Shown here one piece after another: positions 28,421 through 35,379 of a DNA stretch of 64,000 nt (positions are counted from its first letter, which is position 1; each line of letters begins with the position of its first letter). The notes under the pieces were generated by a model. The model had not been told where the DNA came from. It saw only the letters and a list, made by a program, of their open reading frames with translations, and did not search any database. Location: assembly GCA_002898255.1 (NCBI GenBank), contig BEIE01000006.1, positions 49,251-113,250 on the forward strand, read 5' to 3'. This DNA comes from a bacterium HR28 (lineage in GTDB: Bacteria; Chloroflexota; Chloroflexia; Thermomicrobiales; Thermomicrobiaceae). The translations under genes and the position numbers were made by a program.

Positions 28421-28792
28421 TCAGGCGCCTGGACGATCGGGATGGCTAGGGCACGGCTCACCGGCGTGGGCCGGGTCGTGGCACCAGCATCCAGGGGCGC
28501 ATTCGCCGTGAGCCGGTCGGGTCAGATCGGCGAAGGCATCGCGGAAGCGCACAGCCCCTTCCCGCCTGCCCTGCTCCGTCAGGCGATACCGGCCGTGCTC
28601 ACAGGTCAGGTCACCGCTCGCGACTAGGCGGTCGAGGTGAACCTGGATCAGGTCGACGTCAGAGACAAGAAAGCGTGCCAACTCCGCAGCGTCGACATCC
28701 TCCGCCAGTCCCTCGCCGCACATCCAGTACATCGCCTCCAAGATCTCATCTCTCCAGAAGAGATTGTCGAGCGCGCTCGATCCGCTCGTCAT
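28421..28792 (-). CDS. hydrogenase-locus conserved hypothetical protein with a Cys/His-rich C-terminus
   Basis: 123-aa ORF ending ...HGECAPGCWCHDPAHAGEPCPSHPDRPGA. Tightly packed between hydrogenase accessory genes. Confidence 0.6.
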   Translation of the reverse strand: MTSGSSALDNLFWRDEILEAMYWMCGEGLAEDVDAAELARFLVSDVDLIQVHLDRLVASGDLTCEHGRYRLTEQGRREGAVRFRDAFADLTRPAHGECAPGCWCHDPAHAGEPCPSHPDRPGA

Positions 28793-28803
28793 CGACCTGA
28801 CTC

Positions 28804-29433
28804 CTACGTCTCCGTCGTGGCTAGCACCTGCTGGATCAGTGCGCGGACGCGCCGCTCTGCCTCATCGAGCGCAGCTTCACCAAGCGCGCTGAAGCCGTCT
28901 CCCCAGGACTGGTCGAACGGTTCAATCTCAACGACTATCACCTCGTCTGGCAGCGCACCAAAATGGTCCAGGATCAACAAGAGATTTTCGAGATCAATGA
29001 CGCCCGTGACAGCCTCACTCACCCGGCTCTGCAGCTCGTCCGGAGTAACCATGGGCGGATTCCAGGGCATCACCATAACGCTTCCGGGCGGGCGCCCCCG
29101 CGGCACCGCACCGACGAAGATGCCTCGCGAGAAGCGCGGCACCGCCTGGAGCTGGAATAGCACATCGATCGGGCTGTAACTCAGGTCAGCGATGACCACG
29201 CCCGCGGGCCACTGGTCGCTCTGCAACCGGGTCACCAGCGCTGGACCGAGCGAGAGGTCGCGCAGGTTGGTATAGCCGATCCCCGCCACAAGTACCCGCT
29301 GTTCCCCAGGGGACCGTTGCTGCTCGGTGACATCGCGCTGGTGCTTCGTCCTCGGCTGTAGACGAGCATGGCTCGGCCACAGCCACCCTGATAGTGGATC
29401 GATGATTCGTTCAACCTGATGATGATCCGTCAT
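28804..29433 (-). CDS. second hydrogenase endopeptidase-like protein (divergent HupD paralogue)
   Basis: RVLVAGIGYTNLRDLSLGPALVTRL...VVIADLSYSPIDVLFQL... resembles HyaD/HupD but carries an N-terminal extension of about 45 aa and divergent ligand positions. Confidence 0.65.
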   Translation of the reverse strand: MTDHHQVERIIDPLSGWLWPSHARLQPRTKHQRDVTEQQRSPGEQRVLVAGIGYTNLRDLSLGPALVTRLQSDQWPAGVVIADLSYSPIDVLFQLQAVPRFSRGIFVGAVPRGRPPGSVMVMPWNPPMVTPDELQSRVSEAVTGVIDLENLLLILDHFGALPDEVIVVEIEPFDQSWGDGFSALGEAALDEAERRVRALIQQVLATTET

Positions 29434-29444
29434 CCGGTCGTCCC

Positions 29445-31316
29445 TTATTCCTCCAGGATACAGGCGCAGGTGTTCACCTCACGCACCACGACCCGCTCGC
29501 CTGCAAAGACGTGCGTCGTGCAGGGCATGCAGGGGTCGAAGCTCCGGATTGCGCGCAGAATGTCGATAGCCTTGAAGTCCTCCGGGCTATTGAACTGCTC
29601 GATGATCGGCGTGTTCAGCACTGCCTCCTCGTACGGTCCCGGGTTTCCCCACGGATCACGCGGGGAGGCATTGATGGTCGACGGGGTGATGATCTGGTAG
29701 TTGGTCAGCACCCCGTTGTCCATCGTCAGGTGATGGGTCAGGTAACCGCGACCGGCACCCCAGAAGCCAACGCCGATCCGGAAGTCACGCGGCACAGTGA
29801 AGTCGCGGCTCACCGCCGTGTTGCCTTGCTTCATCAGCTCGTAGCCGATGAGTAGGTTGTTCAGGGCGACCAGAGCCGTGTACGCTTCGGCATACGCCCG
29901 CGCGCGGTTGCGCTCGATCGCGTTCCAGTCGGCTGGAATGTGCCACTCGAGGGTCATCTCGGGCAGGCGTCCCTTGGGTACCAGCATGCGCAGGCTCTGG
30001 CCAGTGGACTCGATGAAGGGGTTCTCCGGGATCTTCTTGGCCGCTGCCGTCGTCCACATGCGCACGTAGACGCCGGCCTCCATGACCGTGCGGTCCCAGC
30101 GCGGTGTGCAGGCCCAGGTGTACTTCTCCTTCCAGCTTCGGCCGGTCGGCTTGGGGCGAGTCTGCTTGTTCCAGGGATGGTAGGGGCTCAGCGGGTTACC
30201 GACCGGATCAGTCTTCAGCGGGTAGTCGTTCCAGTCATCGTAGTAGGAGTGTTCGACGAACTCTTCCAAACCAGCGTTGAGCAGATGGAGATTCGTCGTG
30301 ACGAGCTCGCCGTCGCGGACAACGCCCGGCGTATTCCATCGGCGCTCGCCCCAGTGGTCGGCGTGTCGGTAGTCGGCATCGTACGCCTCGTGGTGATCCC
30401 AGATTCCCGCATCGATCAGGTTCTTCGGACGGGCGCCGACCTGACGGAAGCGTGGCTCGATCTCGTAGAGGAAGTTGAAGACATCGTCCCACAGCAGCGC
30501 CATCTTCTTGGAGTAGTCAAGCAGGTCAAACAGACGCACCTGGTATTCATTGAGGACTCTCATCGAGATCGTTGTGCTGATCCCACCGGGCACAATTGTC
30601 TGCGGGTGGGGGTACTTGCCCCAAACCAGCACCGTCATCTCGCGTGCCTTGCGCGTCATCTCCAGGGCTTCGAGGTAGAGCGAACCAGTCAACGGGTTCA
30701 GCGCCGTCATGATCTCACCGATCGTCTTGAACCCGTGAACATCCGCGTTCGGGGCCAACGCGGTCTGGGCGCGCTCCCAGATCTCCGGGTTCGTCGCGCG
30801 GATCACCGTTTCGGAGTAGTCTGGTCCGGCGAGCAGGAAGAGGTGCAACGGATGGTCGTAGAGGAACTCAGCTGTCTGCCCCAGGTTGCGCACGACGATC
30901 CCCATCGGGGGCGGCGGTGTTCCGAAAGCCATCTCGATCGCCTCGGCTGAGCAGTTCGCGTGCACACCCCCGCACACGCCGCAAGCCCGGCTGCTGATGA
31001 AGATCGCATCGCGCGGATCGCGTCCCTTGAGGATCACCTCGTAGCCGCGGAATAGTGTCGCCATCGAGTGCGCATCGAGGACTTTGCGGTTCTCCAGATC
31101 CACGACGGCATGGAAAGCGAGTGCCCCCGCCACGCGAGTGACCGGATCGATGCTCACCTCGTGAATGTGGCCGTTGCGACGCAAGAGCTCCTCGATCCGC
31201 TCTTGTTGAGTCGCTACGGTCTTGGTCGAAGTGTAGGCATATGGGTCGCGAATATCGCTTCGCAGGCGGGCCCTGCCTGACTCGTCGAACTCGATCGGCA
31301 GATTCTTGAAGCACAT
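29445..31316 (-). CDS. hhyL: [NiFe]-hydrogenase large subunit, group 1h/5-like
   Basis: N-terminal RACGVCGGVH and C-terminal SFDPCMPCTTH Ni-Fe ligand motifs, followed by a short C-terminal extension. All four ligand Cys are ordinary Cys codons. Confidence 0.92.
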   Translation of the reverse strand: MCFKNLPIEFDESGRARLRSDIRDPYAYTSTKTVATQQERIEELLRRNGHIHEVSIDPVTRVAGALAFHAVVDLENRKVLDAHSMATLFRGYEVILKGRDPRDAIFISSRACGVCGGVHANCSAEAIEMAFGTPPPPMGIVVRNLGQTAEFLYDHPLHLFLLAGPDYSETVIRATNPEIWERAQTALAPNADVHGFKTIGEIMTALNPLTGSLYLEALEMTRKAREMTVLVWGKYPHPQTIVPGGISTTISMRVLNEYQVRLFDLLDYSKKMALLWDDVFNFLYEIEPRFRQVGARPKNLIDAGIWDHHEAYDADYRHADHWGERRWNTPGVVRDGELVTTNLHLLNAGLEEFVEHSYYDDWNDYPLKTDPVGNPLSPYHPWNKQTRPKPTGRSWKEKYTWACTPRWDRTVMEAGVYVRMWTTAAAKKIPENPFIESTGQSLRMLVPKGRLPEMTLEWHIPADWNAIERNRARAYAEAYTALVALNNLLIGYELMKQGNTAVSRDFTVPRDFRIGVGFWGAGRGYLTHHLTMDNGVLTNYQIITPSTINASPRDPWGNPGPYEEAVLNTPIIEQFNSPEDFKAIDILRAIRSFDPCMPCTTHVFAGERVVVREVNTCACILEE

Positions 31317-31333
31317 GGCGGGACCTCCTCGCT

Positions 31334-31633
31334 CTAGGTCCTCTCGGTCGCTCTCCCCGTCGTTAGTCGCGCGAGCTGCTCATCGAGCCGCCGCAGCTCA
31401 TTGGCCAGTACCGTGCCAGAGGCCACTATGGACTCAAGACCACGCTGCAGCGGCGGGAGCTGGGCTTGCAGCAGTGAGGTTTGCCGCTCGATTGCGGCGA
31501 CACCCCAGACAATCTTCGAGGCGGTTCCGTGGATACGCTCAAGCGCCTGCCGTATACGACTCAGCGCGTAGGCCAGCACGACGAGGAAGAGCAGGAAAAG
31601 TGCGCTAGAGAGCAGGGTGAGCAGCAGGACCAT
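31334..31633 (-). CDS. small single-pass membrane protein, paralogue 4 of 4
   Basis: 99 aa: an N-terminal hydrophobic helix (MVLLLTLLSSALFLLFLVVLAYAL), then a helical or coiled-coil-like tail. It lies 17 nt upstream of hhyL. Confidence 0.6.
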   Translation of the reverse strand: MVLLLTLLSSALFLLFLVVLAYALSRIRQALERIHGTASKIVWGVAAIERQTSLLQAQLPPLQRGLESIVASGTVLANELRRLDEQLARLTTGRATERT

Positions 31634-31645
31634 CAGTCAACTCCT

Positions 31646-31936
31646 TCAGCTTACGAGCCCCAAGGAACGAAGCTTCACCCCGAGTGAGGCGGCGATACGC
31701 TCGATCTCGGCGACGGCCACGCCGAGTTGATCAGCCGCTGCAACCACTGCCGGCATCGTGGAAAGCGCATGAGCGTGGCGACCGATTCCTTCGATGGAGA
31801 CAAGTGCCTCACGGGCCAGATGATCGATCACCCGCAAGTGCGCGATGACTCGGAGTACCAAGAGTAGAGCAATGATGGTGGTGATGAGAGCCACCAGGAG
31901 CGCCACGATCCAGACAATAACCGCGAGCACGAGCAT
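31646..31936 (-). CDS. small single-pass membrane protein, paralogue 3 of 4
   Basis: 96 aa with the same architecture (MLVLAVIVWIVALLVALITTIIALLLVLRV...). There is a 12-nt gap to the next gene. Confidence 0.6.
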   Translation of the reverse strand: MLVLAVIVWIVALLVALITTIIALLLVLRVIAHLRVIDHLAREALVSIEGIGRHAHALSTMPAVVAAADQLGVAVAEIERIAASLGVKLRSLGLVS

Positions 31937-31947
31937 TGTTCAACTCC

Positions 31948-32250
31948 TCAGGCAACCTGCGAGCGCTCAACCACCTCAGGCGCACCGACGGGTGCAGCCC
32001 CAAGATGCTCGGCCGTCCGATCGAGTGATTCCGCCACTGCTGTCAGATCTTTGTGGACTCGCTCGAGCTGGACGTTCAGGTCGGTCGTTGCGGTTTCTAC
32101 AGCTCGCATGAGCGTGGCAATCTGAGCAAACGTTCCACCGATTCTGCGGAGGTAAAAGAGAATAGTCAGCAGCGCTACGGTCAGGACCAGCACCAGGACG
32201 ACAGCGTAGACAGCGGTGATCACAGCCAGGACGCGAACGAGCGTTTCCAT
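31948..32250 (-). CDS. small single-pass membrane protein, paralogue 2 of 4
   Basis: 100 aa with the same architecture (VLAVITAVYAVVLVLVLTVALLTILFYLRRI...). There is an 11-nt gap to the next gene. Confidence 0.6.
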   Translation of the reverse strand: METLVRVLAVITAVYAVVLVLVLTVALLTILFYLRRIGGTFAQIATLMRAVETATTDLNVQLERVHKDLTAVAESLDRTAEHLGAAPVGAPEVVERSQVA

Positions 32251-32259
32251 AGTCCCTCC

Positions 32260-32550
32260 TCAGCGCTGCTGTGCCCGCTCCAGCCGCTCGTTGAGCGTGC
32301 GGGCGGCCTCAGCGATCGCGTCGAGCCGGTTGAGAATCCGAGTTGCGACCTGGTTTGTCTGAGCGAGCAGGGGGATGCTTGTCGTGTTCGCTGCAATCCC
32401 CTTACCGGCCTGCCAGATAGCCGCGGCGTGCCGGTCGATCCGCTCGACTGCTCGCCAAATGGCGATGAGCAGGATCGCGACAACGAGTACCACGACCAGC
32501 GCGATCGCCAGGACGAGCCACCAGAAAGCGGTTACGGTCATCTCCGGCAT
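32260..32550 (-). CDS. small single-pass membrane protein, paralogue 1 of 4
   Basis: About 96 aa counted from ATG 32548-32550 (MPEMTVTAFWWLVLAIALVVVLVVAILLIAIWRAV...). The ORF-track start at 32574 is a TTG. Lies immediately downstream of hhyS. Confidence 0.6.
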   Translation of the reverse strand: MPEMTVTAFWWLVLAIALVVVLVVAILLIAIWRAVERIDRHAAAIWQAGKGIAANTTSIPLLAQTNQVATRILNRLDAIAEAARTLNERLERAQQR

Positions 32551-32579
32551 CACGATCCCCTCTCGAGTTACCAAGTGCC

Positions 32580-33806
32580 CTATTCAGGCTTTGCTGATGA
32601 GCCACGCCAGCGCAGCCGGTTGTAGAAAAACTCCACAGTTCGCTCGATGATCGGCACGTCGTACTCAGCGCCCCAACCGCTCGGGATCGCTCGCTGACGG
32701 TCCCAGCGCGTCTCACGGTTGCGGTCGCGCTGGGTGATACGGCGCAGCGGGCGGATGAACGAACCATTGAGTCGTGAGACTGTGCTTGAGAGGGTTGATC
32801 CTGGAGGGGCCTTATAGAACGGCGAGAACTTGTCCGGGAAACCGGGCATGGTGCAGCCGATGCAGGGTCCCCCGACATTCATGCAGCCACCGAGGCCGTT
32901 GATGGCCCCGCGACTGGTGATGTTGCAGTTGACGACTGGTCCCCAACAGCCGATCTCGACCAGGCACTCCGGGTCGCCGTAATGCTCAGCGAAGACACCT
33001 TCCTCGTAGTATCCGGCGCGGGTGCACTGCCGGTGCACCGTCTCGCCGAAGAGCCAGGCTGGACGGCCCAACTCGTCGAACTCTGGCACCGGGCCGAGGC
33101 CTTGCAGGAAGAGGAGCACTGCGGCCACAGTCTCGGTGAAGTTATCGCCCACCGGAGCGCAGCCGGGGATGTTGATGACCGGCAGGCCGAGTGCACTGCG
33201 GTAGTCGCGACCCAGGAAGTCCATCACACTCATCGCTCCGGTGGCGTTGTGGTAGGCGGACGGGATCCCACCCCAGGTCGCGCAGGTACCGATCGCGATA
33301 ACCGCGGCCGCACCGGGTGCCAGCCGCTTCAACCAAACTGCGGATGGTACTTGCTTGAATTGGCCGGTCTGCTCATCGAACTCCTCACCGACAGCCGACC
33401 AGTATCCTTCACCGGCTCGTGTTTCGTCCGGCACCGAGCCCTCGTAGACGATCACATAAGGGGCACCGAGCGTACCCTCGAGCGCCCGCTGCATCGGCTC
33501 GACGAAGGGGTCACCAGACTCCACATTGACCGCTGAGTGATGGAGCAAGATCTGGGGCAGGCCAGGTAACGACCCCATAAGGAGATCTTCGACCCGTGGC
33601 GCTACCGCGCCCAGCACAGAGATGGTGCACCCGTCGCAGCTCATCCCAGCGAGCCAGAAGACGTGGACGTGGGTATACGGGCCAAGCAGGCTGTCGCGTC
33701 CCAGTTGTTCCCGGGCGAGGCGCTGGATCTCCTCGGTCGTCGCCCCGGCGACGTTACCGACCATGCCAAGCTTCGGACGCACCTTCGGCTTCACGTCGAT
33801 GGCCAT
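32580..33806 (-). CDS. hhyS: [NiFe]-hydrogenase small subunit, group 1h/5-like (no Tat signal)
   Basis: FWLAGMSCDGCTIS, GTCATWGGIP, IPGCAP, and a distal cluster region (CWGPVVNCN...GGPCIGCTMPGFPD). The N-terminus lacks an RRxF motif. RBS AAGGAG is present. Confidence 0.92.
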   Translation of the reverse strand: MAIDVKPKVRPKLGMVGNVAGATTEEIQRLAREQLGRDSLLGPYTHVHVFWLAGMSCDGCTISVLGAVAPRVEDLLMGSLPGLPQILLHHSAVNVESGDPFVEPMQRALEGTLGAPYVIVYEGSVPDETRAGEGYWSAVGEEFDEQTGQFKQVPSAVWLKRLAPGAAAVIAIGTCATWGGIPSAYHNATGAMSVMDFLGRDYRSALGLPVINIPGCAPVGDNFTETVAAVLLFLQGLGPVPEFDELGRPAWLFGETVHRQCTRAGYYEEGVFAEHYGDPECLVEIGCWGPVVNCNITSRGAINGLGGCMNVGGPCIGCTMPGFPDKFSPFYKAPPGSTLSSTVSRLNGSFIRPLRRITQRDRNRETRWDRQRAIPSGWGAEYDVPIIERTVEFFYNRLRWRGSSAKPE

Positions 33807-34611
33807 TGTGAGTCTCCTTCTTCAGCAGGGTTCTGCCATTCTCTAGGATGTGCTCTGTCAGTTTTGCGATCGCGCGCACCGCTGGTGCAGTCGGCATGTA
33901 GTCGAGGAGCGCGCGGCCGAGTCGGTCGGCTTCCTGAACCGCCTCGTCGAAGGGGATCGATCCGATCACGCTCACGTCGAGGCGAGCGCAATAGTCGCGG
34001 ATCGCAGCTTCATCCTCTGGTGATCGCACCTTGTTGGCCACGACACCGATGCACCCAATACCGAGCTCGCGGGCGAGGGGCACAATCCGGCCGAGGGTCT
34101 CCAGTGCCCGGAAGTACGGTTCGACTACGACGAGCAGCATATCGACGTGACGCACAGTTCCCCGGCTCAGATGCTCGATCGAAGCCTCCATATCGAGAAT
34201 GGTGACGTCCTCGGGACGGAGCGTGCCGAGTTCGGCTACCACGCCGCGCACGGCGGCGTGCTGCCCACACAGTCAGCCGCGGCCGGCGCCGAGCAGGCCA
34301 GTCATTGCCAAGACGCGGACACCGTCCGGGCCGATCACACCGTAGCGCGTGATAATCTCCTCGAACGGGCAGATCAGATGGAGGGAGGCGTGACCATCAC
34401 TGTCCACTCGTTCCTCGAGGATCTCCTCGCGCGGCACCCGCCGGAGCTGCTCGATCTGCTCCGTGGACAGACCAAGTGCCCGCGCGAGGTTCGGGTTCGG
34501 GTCGTCGTCCAGGGCGTTAACCGAGTACCCGCGCTGTGCGGCCAGCCGAGCCATCGTCGCAGCGAGCGTCGTCTTCCCAGCTCCGCCTTTGCCCGCGACG
34601 GCAATCCGCAT
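33754..34611 (-). CDS. CooC/MinD-type P-loop ATPase (Ni-insertion-factor-like), candidate selenoprotein (in-frame TGA at 34273-34275)
   Basis: ATG 34609-34611 follows GGAGG. MRIAVAGKGGAGKTTLAA (deviant Walker A) ...LLGAGRG-TGA-LCGQHAAVRGVV...ILDMEASIEHLSRGTVRHVDMLLVVVEP... The two track ORFs (34273..34668 and 33754..34251) are in the same frame and together rebuild one CooC-like protein. The TGA aligns with the first Cys of the CooC C-x-C metal motif (I recall GGSQCYCRENSF in C. hydrogenoformans CooC1). The 3' end overlaps hhyS by 53 nt. Confidence 0.65.
34240..34260 (-). promoter_or_regulatory. SECIS-like hairpin downstream of the in-frame UGA
   Basis: mRNA sense CACGCCGC-CGUGC-GCGGCGUG: an 8-bp perfect stem with a 5-nt loop, starting 12 nt after the UGA. 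Confidence 0.5.
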
Positions 34612-34902
34612 GTTGCCTCCTTTTAAAGGTGCCGATCGTTCGACTCCAGCACGGCATTGGGGACTCAAGGGAAATTACTTTCCGGTATGCCGGAGAGGTC
34701 TAGGGTATCGAGACGATCGGCTGGTGTACACGACTTATCGCGTCATCCGGCGTGTGTTCCCATTATAATTCGTCGAGTAGAAAAAGGTCAAGGAGGTCGT
34801 GGGAAACTTCCTATCCCGGAAAAGCTGGCAAAGAGATAACCTCAGAGGATTGAGCGCTAACGAAGAAAGTCATATGTGAATCACAACCTGGGCCGGCGCG
34901 AG

Positions 34903-34918
34903 TATTAGCGAACTAATA
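34903..34918. promoter_or_regulatory. palindrome TATTAG-CGAA-CTAATA in the divergent intergenic region (candidate operator)
   Basis: Perfect 6+6 inverted repeat in the AT-richest part of the 34612-34988 spacer, about 70 nt upstream of the XRE gene start. Confidence 0.3.
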
Positions 34919-34988
34919 TCCCAGCACAGTGCCAAGACGAGCGAAGCGTGGACTGCTGTGGGGCTCTGAAGAACGGAGGAGTGTTGCC

Positions 34989-35303
34989 ATGAGCGCTACT
35001 TCAGGTAGCTCCCAAACCTTCGCCGAGGTGCTCAGGCGGGAGCGGAAACGCCGGGGTTGGACGCAAGCCCAGTTGGCCGAGCGCTTGCAGGTACGCCAGT
35101 CAGCGATCTCTCACTGGGAGAGCGGCCGGGAGCGACCGGCGCTCGAGCATTTGCTTCTACTTCTCCTTCTCTTTCCAGACCTCCTCACGACGCTGACGCT
35201 CGAGGAGCGCCGCCAGCTCTATAACTTGACCCGTGTCCAGCGAACTCTAGCAACCGAATGCTTGTGCTCAGGCTGTCGCTGTGGCGCGAGCACAGCGGCC
35301 TAG
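34989..35303 (+). CDS. XRE-family helix-turn-helix protein
   Basis: FAEVLRRERKRRGWTQAQLAERLQVRQSAISHWESGRERP is a canonical Cro/C1 HTH. Start at ATG 34989. Confidence 0.8.
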   Translation: MSATSGSSQTFAEVLRRERKRRGWTQAQLAERLQVRQSAISHWESGRERPALEHLLLLLLLFPDLLTTLTLEERRQLYNLTRVQRTLATECLCSGCRCGASTAA

Positions 35304-35328
35304 CTTCCAGAGAACGTGGAGGGGATAG

Positions 35329-35355
35329 AGACCGGCCGGTATCCTCATGGCCGGT
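35329..35355. terminator. stem-loop between convergent genes (possible bidirectional terminator)
   Basis: GACCGGCC-(11 nt)-GGCCGGTC, followed by a T-rich stretch (AAATTTCTCTGTT) on the plus strand. Confidence 0.45.
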
Positions 35356-35379
35356 CAGTCAAATTTCTCTGTTCAAGGT

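Noticed and set aside
28388-28423. The TGA stop of the 123-aa hydrogenase-locus protein (28421-28423) is in frame with the ATG of the following NifU-Rieske gene (28388-28390). I considered it as a fifth read-through or Sec site.
   Set aside because: There is no neighbouring Cys or redox motif and no convincing hairpin 10-20 nt downstream. The 30-nt spacer contains a plausible RBS plus ATG for an independent gene. Being in frame has a one-in-three chance expectation.
29445-31316. Possibility that the hydrogenase is a [NiFeSe] enzyme, given the other candidate Sec codons.
   Set aside because: The C-terminal ligand motif reads DPCMPCTTH and the N-terminal motif reads RACGVCGG. All ligands are ordinary Cys codons, and there is no in-frame TGA in the large-subunit gene.
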